A stretch of 64,000 nt of DNA from Octopus vulgaris. Its lineage: Eukaryota. The position numbers and the translations under genes were made by a program. A model generated the notes under the pieces. The model made no database searches. It was not told the origin of the DNA and saw only the letters and a list, made by a program, of their open reading frames with translations. Location of the stretch: positions 19,158,001 to 19,222,000 of the forward strand of contig OX597829.1 in assembly GCA_951406725.2 (NCBI GenBank), in the 5' to 3' direction. Of this stretch, positions 1-13,204 are shown piece by piece. The stretch's first letter is position 1. Each line of letters opens with the position of its first letter.

Positions 1-431
1 GTATATTTTCTCTAGAGGAAAAAAAAAAGGTAGAGGTAGTGAGAGAGACACACACAAATATACAACCAGAGAGAGAGACAGGGGAAGATAATAAGAGATA
101 GAGACAGACGGATATATAGACAGAGAGAAAGCAGAGGTCCGACATCCCACTTGTTTTTTCTCTGTAACCTCCTTTATCTTCTTCTTACATGTTTTGTCTC
201 TAAAGAGAAAAAGGTAGTGAGAGAGACACACGCACATATACAACCAGAGAGAGAGAGTAGGATGTAGTGAGAGGAATATAGAGACAGAGAGAAAGAAGAG
301 TCTGGTGGTGACTTCAAAAGAATAAATGTAATGTACAAAGTTATAGAAAGTTGGAGGTGGGTTGAGTGACAGGTGGAGTATTTTTTTTTTCACTCTGTAA
401 AAAGCATCATGGTGAAATAGTCAGTATGTAG

Positions 432-615
432 ATAGTTAGTTAGTTAGTTAGTTAGTTAATTTGGCTCAAAAGCAAATAGCAAGGCCATGTAGGGGGACAT
501 GGAGTTAAGTACAGGGTGGTGTTCATGTAAAGAGTTCAGGCCACTTGAGGTCAAGGGAGGCTTTGAACAAAGCGGTTGTCGGCATCTTCACCATCTCGTC
601 TGGCAGCTTGTTCCA
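432..615 (-). mobile_element. 3' end of CR1-type LINE with (TAAC)n tail, 5'-truncated
   Basis: Near-identical to 3590-3760; minus strand reads ..NKLPDEMVKMPTTALFKASLDLKWPELFT*, then a short UTR and (TAAC)n (agttagttagtt on +). Confidence 0.8.
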
Positions 616-641
616 TCTATCTATCTATCTCCTTTATTTAT

Positions 642-805
<164 letters not shown>

Positions 806-1183
806 ACATACATACATATTTAAATACATACATTCATATATGCATGTTAGCTGGTAAGATTCACATTTTCCATTTTGCATAATATTGTTAAATAGAAAAC
901 TAGACCGTGTTTTTCCCTTTCTTTTAATTGTATATTTCCTCCTACAATAGATGGTATCACAATATCCAGTATCCTGGATATTGTGATATCATCTTCATTA
1001 ATAACACTCAAGAGATATTTCAAATGTTTCGTGCACATGCACACAAACACACACAAGCATACAAGCACACAAACACACACGTGCATTGCACATATACATC
1101 TATAAATTATTTACTTGCTAATAACACTTGAGATGCTTTGAAATGTTTTCCTTACATATATACACACACATATAATATATAAA

Positions 1184-1236
<53 letters not shown>

Positions 1237-1310
1237 TATTCACACGCACACACATATATATATATGGAATACACAGTGTTCCAGAAATATATAAAATGCA
1301 TTTAATGTAG

Positions 1311-1505
1311 TTACTCTTTACTCTTTTACTTGTTTCAGTCATTTGACTGCAGCCATGCTGGAGCACCACCTTTAGTCGAGCAGATCAACCCCGGGACTTA
1401 TTCTTTGTAAGCCCAGTACTTATTCTATCGGTCTCTCTTGCCGAACCGCTAATTCACGGGGACGTAAACACACCAGCATCGGTTGTCAAGCAATGCTAAT
1501 GGGGA

Positions 1506-1596
<91 letters not shown>

Positions 1597-1733
1597 ACAG
1601 GCTTCTTTCAGTTTCCGTCTACCAAATCCACTCACAAGGCATTGGTTGGCCCGGGGCTATAGCAGAAGACACTCACCCAAGATGCCACGCAGTGGGACTG
1701 AATCCGGAACCATGTGGTTGGTTAGCAAGCTAC
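1311..1733 (-). mobile_element. tRNA-derived SINE family A (dominant family) with internal (TA)n/(TG)n
   Basis: Shares body ccttgggcaagtgtcttct..ggtagacggaaactgaaagaagc and tail ccagcatggccgcagtcaaatgactgaaacaagtaaaag with more than 20 other copies or fragments in the window. Confidence 0.9.
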
Positions 1734-2064
1734 CCCTATAATTTATAATTGTATGCTGTGGGAAATATAGTTTTAAATACATCTTAGTATTCTTTTCATT
1801 CACAGAGCAATATGAAGTTTATGCTGATATAAGGCTGGTTGCCCACTCATTAACTTCTCAGCGCTATCACCTGTCTCCCTTCAAAGAAAACTTGAATCTG
1901 TCTCTTTATGATTATTCTAGAATTACAAACTATAGGCTAACTTCGCATTCACTTTATCTATTTATGTGTGTGTGCATGTGTGCATGTACACACACGCACA
2001 CGCACACACACACACATACACACACACACATACACACACACACACTTACACACATGCACACACA

Positions 2065-2335
2065 GAGTGTAATATTAGCTCACAATCATGAGGCGGTGAG
2101 TTCAATTCCTGGACTGGGCTGTGTGTTGTGTTCTCTTGAGCAAGACACTTTATTTCACATTGCTCCAGTTCACTCAGCTGTAGAAAGGAGTTGTGACGTC
2201 ACTGGTGCCAAGCTTTATCAGCCTTACCTTTCCCTTGGATAACATTGATGGTGTGGAGAGGGCAAGGCTGATATGCATGGGTGACTGCCGGTCTTCCATA
2301 AACAACCTTGCTTAGACTTGCAACTTGGAAGGGGG
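2065..2335 (+). mobile_element. tRNA-derived SINE family C
   Basis: B-box gagttcaattcc, then cttgagcaagacactttatttcac; homologous to 53965-54270 (+) and 19830-19995 (-). Confidence 0.75.
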
Positions 2336-2357
2336 TTATTATGCCTTTTTATACACA

Positions 2358-2399
<42 letters not shown>

Positions 2400-2410
2400 C
2401 GTATATATAT

Positions 2411-2860
2411 ATTCTTTTATTCTTTTACTTGTTTTAGTCATTTAACTGTGGCCATGCTAGAGCATCACCTTTAGTAAAACAAATTGACCCCAGGACTTGT
2501 TCTTTGTAAGCCTAATACTTATTCTATCAGTCTCTTTTGCCAAACTGCTAAACACACCAGCATCAGTCATCAAGCAATGGTTCGATACACACACACACAC
2601 ACATGCGCGCAGACCCACACGCACAAACACACGCACAAACACACACACGCACGCGCACACACACACACACACACATATACGATGGGCTTCTTTCAGTTTC
2701 CGTCTACCAAATCCACTCACAAGGTTTTGGTTGACCCAAGGCCATAGTAGAAGACACTTGCCCAAGGTGCCATGCAATGGGACTGAACCTGGAACCATGT
2801 AGTTGGGAAGCATGCTTCCTACCACACAGCTGTGCCTGCGCCTACACAGCCACGTCTGCA
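2411..2860 (-). mobile_element. SINE family A, near full-length
   Basis: A-box ggctgtgtgg, B-box ggttcagtccc, family body and 3' tail. Confidence 0.88.
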
Positions 2861-3587
2861 CCTATATATATATTGAAATTCAGACCCATATCACATCATC
2901 ATCATCATCATCAACATCAACATAATCTTAATCATCATCATATTCATAATCATAATCATCATCATCATCATCATCACAATTTAACATCCATTTTCTGTGC
3001 TGGCCTTGGTTGGAGAGTTTGTCCAGAGCTGGAAGCCAGAGAACTGTGTTAGACTCTACTGTCTGCTTTGACATGGTTTTTTTATGTTTGGATGTCCTTC
3101 CTTGAAACCAACAACTTTACAATATATACAGGGTGCTTTCTTTTGGGCGGGGGTGGGGCGGGTACCAGCACTGAGTGAGGTCACCAAGTAACTTGCAGGA
3201 CAAAATCCACTCAACCCAGGAAGGAGAGAGTAGTATTGAGTGAGGTGGCTTTGTACCAGGTGATAGGAAGCTAAAGCATGATAGAGGGACAGGAACAGGT
3301 GTTTTGGTGTAGGGAAGATACAGTGGGAAAAGAGGAGAGGGAGAGAGAGAGAGAGTGAGAGAGAGTGAGTGAGTGAGTGAGAGAGAGTGAGTGAAAGAAA
3401 GAGTGAGTGAGTGAGAGAGAGTGAGTGAGACAGAGTGAGTGAGACAGAGAGAGAGTGAGTGAGAGAGAGAGAAAGAAAGAGAGAGAGTGAGTGATTTAGA
3501 ACAAGGACAAAAACAGGTGTAGTGCTGTAGAAGAGATACATGATTACCCAGCCAGAGAGAAAAGAAAGAGAAAGAAAGAGAGTAGAA

Positions 3588-3985
3588 AGTTAAGTTAAGT
3601 TAATTTTTTGGCTCAAAAAGCAAAAAGCAAGGCCATGTAGGGGGACATGGAATTATGTACAGGGTGGTGTTCATGTAAAGAGTTCAGGCCACTTGAGGTC
3701 AAGAGAGACTTTGAACCAAGCGGTCGTCGGCATCTTCACTATCTCATCCAGTAGCTTATTCCACGGATCCGCAACCTGGACGGAGAAAGCCCCTCTCCTT
3801 CGATTGAGATGAAATCGTCACAGATAGAGCTTTTCGGAGTGACCCCGCAGCCTACACTCTGGAGCAGGAGTGAAGAACAGCTCTTTCGAGAGGTTACACT
3901 TTCCGCTTATGATGTTGTGAGCAAGAATGAGATCACCACGGCGGCGGTGTTTTTCTAGAGAATAAAGGTCGAGCGTCTTCAGAAG
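3588..3985 (-). mobile_element. CR1-type LINE ORF2 C-terminus and 3' tail
   Basis: KTLDLYSLEKHRRRGDLILAHNIISG..RLRGHSEKLY..FSVQVADPWNKL, the typical CR1 C-terminal motif order; short tandem tail. Confidence 0.85.
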
Positions 3986-4685
3986 AAAGCAAGCGTGCAA
4001 GAGAGAACAGGAGAGAGATGGTGGTGAAGTGCCAGGGCATACAGTCAAGGTGCAGGAGTATTGCCAAAGGTACATGAATAGGGAGTAGAGACATCAAATG
4101 GCTGCAAAGAGTTTTTGGGGTGGAAAATGAGAACTGAGTGTATAGGGAGGGTGGGGACTATAGGATAGCAATAATACAGTGAGCAGGACAGTGAGTTAAG
4201 GACTGGGGAGCAAAATGTAAGCATAGTGCATGAAAAAAGGAAATGTGAGGAAGAGGAGAGATATAGTTTGGTTTGTTGGGGTAGGGTGTGTGAAAAGTTT
4301 TCTTGTTATGTGTGGGTGGAGCACACAGTGCCGCTAGAACTCAGTTTTGCTGAAGTTGGTGGATCTTCTCAAGAAACTCATATCACCAGACATCTCAGTA
4401 CATTATCATTTCCTCCATGAAGCCCAACATCCTCAGATCTGTTCTCACCACTTCATCCCATGACTTCCTGGGTCTCCCTCATCTACAAGTGCCATCCACG
4501 TTAAGTGATCAGCACTTCTTTATTCATTCATACGCATCACATGTCCAAACCAATGTAGTCTACTCTCTTGCATGCTGCATCTGATTCCAATTATGCCCTA
4601 CTTTTCCTTTTTTGCATTTTGTCATACATGCACACTGATGTTGCACACCCTACACATGCATTTATACAGATAGACAGACACATCT

Positions 4686-4716
<31 letters not shown>

Positions 4717-4995
4717 GAAATCCAATTATAACCAATTTGAAGGAATTCTTTAAAAAATTCTTTGGAACAAACAACAATGAGATTACCAAAAGAAATCCGA
4801 AAGCACTTTCTTCTTAGCACAGGCACTAATATATGGTCAAATCAACCAGCCATTGACCATCATGTCTTTTTTATAGAATGAGAAACTTTTTTTTTTTGAT
4901 TTTGAAATTTTTCAAGTTTGACCATTAAGCAAGAATGGAAAGGTTCAAACAGTGACCATTCCACCTTTTCATTTATTTATTTTTATGAAGCAAAA

Positions 4996-5410
4996 GCGTG
5001 GCTATGTGGTAAGAAGTTTATTTCCCAACCACATGGTTCCTAGTTCAGTTCCACTACATGGCACCTTGGGAAAGTGTTATCTACTATAGCCTCAGACCAG
5101 CCAAAGCCTTGTGACTGGATTAGGTACATGGAAACTGAAAGAAGCCCATTGTGTGTGTGTGTCTATATGTGTGTGTCTGTGTGTATATCTGTGTGTCTGT
5201 GTTTGTACTCTACCACTGCTTAACAACCAATATTGGAGTGCTTACATCCCTGTAACTTAGCAGTTTAGCAAAAGAGATTGATAAAATAAGAACCAGGCTT
5301 CAAAAATATATATATATAAGTACTGGGTCGATTCATTCGACTAAACTTATTCAAGATGGTGCCCCAGCATGGCCACAGTCTGATAATTGAAACAAGCAAA
5401 ACATAAAAGA
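4996..5410 (+). mobile_element. SINE family A, older diverged copy
   Basis: Head gtggctatgtggtaagaag, family body and tail ggtgccccagcatggccacagtc. Confidence 0.8.
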
Positions 5411-6301
5411 CATCGAGATTTTTCTTTCTAATTTTGCAACAGTAACTTGTAATTTTCTTGTAATTTTAATGGATTCCAGGATTTGTTTCTTCTTCACATT
5501 AATTGAGTATTCTAACAAAAGACCATTCCATTTTCTTTTTACAAATTCAAATTCCAACTTAAGAGATAATACAAACACAAAAAAAAAATTACTAAAAGAA
5601 CAACACAAATGAATTGTAATTAAAAATAATAAATGAAAATTTACAAAGAACCACCTCCAACTGGTCTATTTGGAAGTACATAGTCCATCCTTTTGACATT
5701 ATTTAAGTAGTTGATAGTTCTCTATCAATGATAGTTCTAATGTGGAATTTTTTACCAATCAAGAGCAAGTGTGTTGAATTGTTTCTTTGCAAAGTGATTT
5801 ATTAATGCTTTCAAATCATACTGTTCTATTTAATTTTATGCATGGTGTCAAAAAGTATGTTTTGTCATTCTCCATTAACCGTCCTTTTGTAATTTTGAAT
5901 CATGTTTTATTGAAATAATACATATTAATATAATGGTACGTAGGCACAGAGATGGCCCTGTGGTAAAGAAGTTTTGCTCTGCAACCACATGGTTCCAAGT
6001 TTTGGTCCTGTCCAGATTCCTCCCATTCCATGGCACCTTAGGCAAGCGTTCTCTTCTATAGCCTCTGGACTGACACAAGCCTTGTTAAAGGATTTGGTAG
6101 ATGAAAACTACAAAGAAACTTAACATACATGTGTATGAATGTGTGTGTATGTATGTGTACGTGTGTGTGTGTGTGTGTGTGCACGTATTTGTCCTGTCCT
6201 CTTTCTTGTTAACTTTCTCTCTCTCTCTCTCCCCCCATCTCCCCCTCTCTCTCTCTCCCCATCTCTCGCTCTCACTCTCTCTCTCCCTCTTTATATATAT
6301 T

Positions 6302-6388
6302 AGGTGTCTTCTACTATAGCCTTGGGCCGACCAAGCCTTCAGAGTGGATTTGGTAGATGGAAACGGAAAGAGGTCCGTCGTATATATA

Positions 6389-6422
<34 letters not shown>

Positions 6423-6455
6423 TAGATAGATAGATAGATAGATATAGATATATAT

Positions 6456-6531
<76 letters not shown>

Positions 6532-6790
6532 TATATATGTGTGTGTGTGCGTGTGTATGTGTGTATATATGTTTGTGTGTCTGTGTTTGTCCCCCCAACA
6601 TCGCTTGACAACCGATGCTGGTGTGTTTACATCCCCATAACTTAGTGGTTCAGCAAAAGAGACCGATATAACGATAGAATAAGTACTAGGCTTACAAAGA
6701 ATAAGTCCTGGGATTGATTTGCACGACTAAAGGTGGTGCTCCAGCATGGCCACAGTCAAATGACTGAAACAAGTAAAAGAGTAAAAGAAT
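6302..6790 (+). mobile_element. SINE family A, 5'-truncated, with expanded internal microsatellite
   Basis: Family body and tail separated by about 190 bp of (TA)/(GATA)/(TG). Confidence 0.87.
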
Positions 6791-8205
6791 ATATATATAT
6801 ATATATAATAGAAATATTAAAATTACTGACTGTCCCTGTTCAAAGAATCTATTTACCTAGTTTCGGTGGAATACATCCACTTGTTTTCAATAATAGAAAT
6901 ATTAAAATTACTAAGTCTCTCTAAAGGAGATTACGGCAGCGTTACTGGAAATTAATAGTTATCGCCATACTAATATGGCAATCTTATAAATATAAGACTA
7001 AAGCATCTTGGGCAAGTGTCTTCTGCTATAGCCCCGGGCCGACCAATGCCTTGTGAGTGGATTTGGTAGACGGAAACTGAAAGAAGCCTGTCGTATATAT
7101 GTATATATATATATGTATGTGTGTGTGTGTTTGTGTGTCTGTGTTTGTCCCCCTAGCATTGCTTGACAACCGATATATAGTGTAAACAGAGCAGTTATAA
7201 AAATCAACTAAGGAATAAAAATATCCGTATATACTATTGGTATCCATTACCCATGTTATCCCCAGGCATAGGTGTGCAAGCAGACTATGCACATAGGGTG
7301 CAGGTAACAACAGGATTAAACAAGAGTTTACCAGGAAACAAAAAGCAAATAATCAGAAAATGGGGAAAATCTCAGATTAACAAATACATCGACTGGACCA
7401 CATTTATAGCTTATTATTTAATACAAAGCATGATATAACAAAATAGGTAACGTAACATATCTTATGGCCATTTCCGATTCATTGCCAAAATGTGAGAATA
7501 AAATTCTTCAACTTCATAGGACATATATGTAAAACGCCAAGCACTCATTACACTCTTGGAGTGGTTGGAATTAGGAAGGGCATCCAGCTGTAGAAACAAA
7601 GCCAAATCAGACTGGAACCTGGTGCAACTTTTCGGCTTACCATTTGAAATTAAGGCATGGAGCTTCATCAGAGTAAAAAACAAGAGCAAACAATATAAAC
7701 AAAAGGAAGAAGGGAAAGGAAAGAAAAGATGGCCTAGAAAAAAAAAGTCTAGAAGCCCAATTTGTTAAAAACATATAATTTACCATTCTTGGTGCTACGA
7801 GGTCTGTAGGTAAAAGAAGGTTTATTAAAAAAATAAGCTATAAACGTGGTCCAATCGATGTTTGTTAATCTGGGTTTTTTTTCCATTTTCTGATTATTTG
7901 CATTATATATATATATATATAAAGCATTTGCCAAACCAACCATGCAACTCATGCCAGCATAGAAAAATGGACGTTACATAATGATGATGATGGTGATGGT
8001 GGTGGTGGTGGTGGTGGTGGTGGTGGTGGTGGTGGTGGTGGTGATGGTGATGGTGGTGGTGGTGGTGGTGATACACACATACACACACATATACGTTCTC
8101 TTTTTGCATTTTCAGTCTGGTACACAGAACTTGAAAATCTCCTTGTGTTCTTTCCTATCAGCTCCCAGGAGAGTAAATAAGAAGCTGAAATACTCTGGTA
8201 TTTGC

Positions 8206-8273
<68 letters not shown>

Positions 8274-8336
8274 TCATTATTTTATGTTTTATATATTTGT
8301 GTATATATTTATGTATGTATGTATGTATATATGTAG

Positions 8337-8367
<31 letters not shown>

Positions 8368-8940
8368 TTTAATTTCATTTTTATCTAGTTTCAGCTCACA
8401 AGCTGTGGCCATGCTGGGGCACCGCCATTATATATATATATATCTTTTATCTTTTACTTGTTCCAGTCATTAGGCTGCTGCTATACTCACTGCTTTGAAG
8501 GGTTTATTAGAACAACTTACTTCCATCACCCCTTACTTTTTTTTTTTAAGCCTGGTACATATTGTATTAGTCTCTTTAGCTAAACCATTAAGATATGGAG
8601 ATGTAAAGACGCCAACAGTAGCTGTTAAGTGGTAGTGGAGGACAAGTACAAACACAAAGACACACACTCACATACACACACACACACACACACACACATA
8701 CACATACCACCATCAATCATCCTCATCATCATATAGCATCTGCTTTCCATACTGGCATGGGTTAGATGGTTTGACAGGAACTGGTAAGCCGAAAAGTTGC
8801 ACCAGGTTCCAGTCTGATTTGGCTTTGTTTCTACAACTGGATGCCCTTCCTAATTCCAACCACTCCAAGAGTATAATGAGTGCTTGGCATTTTACATATA
8901 TATATATATATATATATATATAGCGAGAGAGAGAGAGAGA

Positions 8941-9354
8941 GCGGTTGTATACTATCAACATAACGTGACAGTTCCGTAAGGGAATTACATCACCGCTGTT
9001 TAGCCCTAGGAAGCATCGACGCTTCCTGTCGACCTTGACACATTTCCTGTGTCCTTATATTTGCAAAGGAGGCAAGCACCCCCACCAGCTAGGATTCACA
9101 CCTGAGAACATGCATGTTTCTGGGTCTTTACCCGTCATCAGCCCAGGATAGTGAACCTGCTAGCTGAAATGCTTGTCTAGCCTTCGCAAAATATATATAT
9201 TAAAGTGAAATCTATTCACTGATCACCGTAATTAGAAATATTGAATTTCTAAATGTCTCAAAGAGACACGAGCGGTGGTGGAGCAATAGAGTGGTTGTAT
9301 ACTGTCAACATAACATGACAGTCCTGTAAGGGAATTACACCACCGCTGTTTAGT

Positions 9355-9358
<4 letters not shown>
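8941..9358 (-). mobile_element. 350-bp tandem monomer (1.2 copies) containing a hammerhead ribozyme; retrozyme-like or Penelope pLTR-like
   Basis: 8941-9008 is repeated at 9291-9358 (period 350); internal HHR and multiple hairpins. Confidence 0.65.
9101..9147 (-). ncRNA. Type I hammerhead ribozyme
   Basis: Minus strand: CCUGGG CUGAUGA CGGGU-AAAG-ACCCA GAAA CAUGCAUG UU/CUCAGG. Core intact, 6-bp stem I, palindromic stem III (ACAUGCAUGU), one C-A mismatch at the base of stem II. Confidence 0.75.
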
Positions 9359-9392
<34 letters not shown>

Positions 9393-9393
<1 letters not shown>

Positions 9394-9774
9394 GAGCAAA
9401 ACGCCCCCATCCAATGGACGGTGCTGAGTTGTCAAACATTTAAACCAAATTTTCTCAAAACAACTTGTCCAACAGTCCCATAGGCCTTCCCTTTGAGAAA
9501 CACTGATTTAATGTAAATTTGAGACACCATGCATATTTCTCGCATATGCGTAATATTGATCGCAACAGCTGATGTACTTGCATGTACAAATGCATGTTCC
9601 CACGGCTTTATCGATCGCATTCTCACCTAGAATCGATTTTTATAATCTTTTCAAGACATACATGCCCTGATGCCATCAGTATCTACATATCAAATCTAAG
9701 CGCAACTGGATGGAGGATGCCCAAGATCCTAGAAGCCAACACACAGACAGATAGAACAGATTTTATATAATAGA
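9393..9774 (-). mobile_element. Non-autonomous Helitron-type element
   Basis: Minus-strand 5' TCTATTATATAAAA; 3' end is a decayed CTAG (cgag on +) with a subterminal hairpin; A|T insertion site. Confidence 0.55.
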
Positions 9775-9784
9775 TATAAAGTAA

Positions 9785-10012
9785 AAGGGGTACTGTGAAC
9801 TTACTGTGAAGAGTGAAATATTCAACGTTTTGGATGTAACCTTTCATCAGGGGGTAGAGAAAAAAAGAAGTTGATGAGAGACAAACATAGTTTATATCTC
9901 AGTTGCAGCCAGTTTTTCAAGCTGAGAGGATGTAAAACTCTGTTTGTCTTTCTTCAACTTCTTTTTCTCTCCACCCCCTGACTCCTCATGGCAAGTTCAC
10001 TGAACCCCTTTC
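9785..10012. repeat. Long imperfect fold-back containing a degenerate hammerhead (9821-9853, minus)
   Basis: Arms 9848-9903/9920-9980 and 9786-9814/9981-10010; minus strand reads CUGAUGA AAGG UUACAU CC AAAA CGUU. Confidence 0.6.
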
Positions 10013-10174
10013 ACTCCTTGAAAAACTAAAGAAAGAAGTGAAAGCTACCCAAAATTCCTTGTAGTTTTCCTGATTATATATACATATATATATATATATA
10101 TATTTAACCACTTGACCAGTCAGTACCAGTGGTGCAAACTAATATATACAAGAATTAAATGAATGGAATTGATA

Positions 10175-10590
10175 TCTATGCTAAGGCAACATGTTGTGCT
10201 TGAGGAGACCTATCGAGTCAAATAAATCAACATCAAAATAAAATGGAAATTGTAGTTGTGATTCCCATGTCGGTGGCACGTAAAAAGCACCATCCAAACT
10301 TGGCCGATGCCAGCACCCCCTTGACTGGCTTGCGTGTTGGTGGCATATAATAAGTACCAACCAACCATGGTCGTTGCCAGCCCCCTCTGCTCCCTGTGCC
10401 GGTGGCACATAAAAATCACCCACTACACTCTCAGAGTGGTGGTTGATGTTAGGAAAGGCAACCAGCTGTAGAAACTCTGCCAGATCAGACTGGAGCCTGG
10501 TGCAGCCTTCTGGCTTCCCTGAACCCGGTTGAACCGTCCAGCCCATGCCAGCATGGAAAACGGACATTAAACGATGATGATGATGATGAT
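10175..10590 (+). mobile_element. RTE LINE 3' UTR fragment with (GAT)n tail
   Basis: Homologous to the 3' UTR of the RTE at 16927-17857; ends cccatgccagcatggaaaacggacattaaacgatgatgat. Confidence 0.85.
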
Positions 10591-11282
10591 ATTGATATAT
10601 ATATGGAGGTGACAGTGCTAAGCAGTGATGTGTACAAATTCAAACTTATTACCAGTTCAAATATGTTTGAGACACCTTTGAACCTATAAGAAAGTCATTT
10701 ACTGTATTTTAGTCATGGAGAAAGCTTCTTGCTATAGACAAATAGGTGTAAATACAGTTGGTCAGGTTATTGTGCTCCCTAATCAAGCTGTATAATGATA
10801 GCATGGGTGGGATGGTTACAGGGGTCTGCATCTGGGTCTGCACTGAGATTCCTCAGTCCTGCTTGTGTGTCTAGACAGCTCTATTTGGGCAACATGCAAC
10901 CTGCCTTGATTTGGGACTGAACCTAGAACCATGTAATTGGGAAGCAATTACCACACAGTCGTACCTGCACCTTGAGAGAAAAAAAATTAGCAAAATGAAG
11001 AAAAACAAAGGAAGAAGGCTGAGATGAATCAAAGTCTGCACAAAGATTTGTTTCCAGTAATAAGAATGGAGCACAGTCCTTCACCACACAACTTGGCTTA
11101 TCCGTGACTATTCCAGTGTCATGGAGGAGATCCAGGATGCCTGGGGTCAAGGGCAAGCTGCAGTGAGCTGATGTATCCACTGCAAGTCGAGGGAGTGCCT
11201 TTAAAGCTAGCCCACTTGGCCTTGTGCTGTTGTAGCTAATAGTGGCACAAAATATATGTAAGAAAGGTTGAGTTCTCTCTCT

Positions 11283-11739
11283 CTTTTCTCTTTACTTTTT
11301 TACTTGTTTCAGTCATTTGACTGCAGCCATGCTGGAGCACCGCCTTTAGTCGAGCAACTTGACCCCGGGACTTATTCTTTGTAAGCCCAGTACTTATTCT
11401 ATCGGTCTCTTTTTGCCGAACCGCTAAGTAACGGGGCATAAACAAACCAGCATCGGTTGTCAAGCAATGCTAGGGGAACAAACACAGACACACAAACACA
11501 CACACATACATACATATATATATATATACATAACCCATGCTAGCATGGAAAGCGGACGTTAAACGATGATGATATACGACAAGCTTCTTTCAGTTTCCGT
11601 CTACCAAATCCACTCACAAGGCATTGGTCGGCCCGAGGCTATAGCAGAAGACACTTGCCCAAGATGTCACACCGTGGGGCTGAACCCGGAACCATGTGGT
11701 TGGTTAGTAAGCTACTTACCACACAGCCACTCCTGCGCC
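11283..11739 (-). mobile_element. SINE family A, full-length, with a ~50-bp RTE 3' end nested in its microsatellite (11532-11573)
   Basis: Head ggcgcaggagtggctgtgtggtaag through tail; nested aacccatgctagcatggaaagcggacgttaaacgatgatgat. Confidence 0.9.
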
Positions 11740-11937
11740 TATTAGTTCAATTAGAATAGGTTTACTTTGGAGGGTCCAAAGTTAGATTTCTAATAAAGAT
11801 TCTTCATATTAAATTTGTAGCTTACTATTGTTAGTGTTTTATTAAAAATATGAAAATTATACAAGTATGAGCATTTATAGAACACAGTCTTATATCAACT
11901 CAACAAACAATTAAAGATGGGGAAGAGAAAATGTTTT

Positions 11938-11993
<56 letters not shown>

Positions 11994-13066
11994 CATATAT
12001 ATATATATACATAATCAGATTCCGTACAGTTACCATCAACCAAATTTCATTCACAAGATTTTGGCTGAACCAATGTAATACTGGAAGACATTTGGTTAAG
12101 AAACAATCTTGTTAACCACATCTGTCTTTCTTTAATTATTTTTTTTTCTTTTGTCTAATTAAGAGAATCATTTCAAGTGTTTGGATTTTTAATCTTCTTT
12201 GTCATCACCATTGTTATCATTGGCAGTCATGGCAGCAGTGACATCATCATCACCCCCCCCCCATCATCATCATCACCATCACCATCATCATCATCATCAT
12301 CATCAGTGTCTTAGTTGTCAATTAGCTTATCTTGTTTTGTTACAGTGTGATCTCAAATACAATGTGAACAAACACCCCCTCCACCCTTGACCACCACTAC
12401 CACCACCACCACCACCACCACTGATACAGCCATCACCGCCGCTGCCGGCACCACCACCACCAGCACCACCGCCACTGCTGCTGCCACCTCCACCACCATC
12501 ACCACAACCACCACCACCACCACAACCACCACCACCACCACCACCACAAACACAACCACCACCTTTTAAATCGAAATATCAGAAACATATTTCATCTTCT
12601 GATACTTGTTTATTTATTGCTTATCATTTGCTATTTGTATTATTATTATTTTTGCTTTGCACACTCGAACCCTAATGCTACCTCCTCCCACCATGCCCCA
12701 CACCGCCGACAAATTTTGACCCCCTAAATGCTTTATATAAAAATTTTTACACAAGTAAATCCGGTAGTTGATTCATCTTCAGGGAATGAAGTTGAAAATA
12801 CATTTCAGCAGCTATCATAGGTAAGTGAAAAATAAAAAGCCAAAAAAAAAAGCACCACCACCACCATCCCCCAAAGGATATAAATAAAAACATGTGAAAA
12901 GCAATAAAAAACAAAGCAAAACTAAAGAGAACAAAATAAAATACGTATAAAAGTACCAACAGGAAAATAGCTTGGAGTATCTGACCTTATTTGCAATTAT
13001 CTTTACAGGAATAATCATAAGTACAATCCCAAAAGCCTGTTTGCTGTATGGACGGTTACAAAAAGA

Positions 13067-13078
13067 GATGATGATGAC

Positions 13079-13112
<34 letters not shown>

Positions 13113-13172
13113 GTGATGGTGATGATGATGATGATGATGATGGTGATGGTGATGGTGATGATGGTGATGATG

Positions 13173-13204
<32 letters not shown>

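Noticed and set aside
6845-6880. Hammerhead 3' half (GUGGA-UGUAU-UCCAC C GAAA CUAGGUA, minus)
   Set aside because: The CUGANGA half is missing; a remnant only, so it was not counted.
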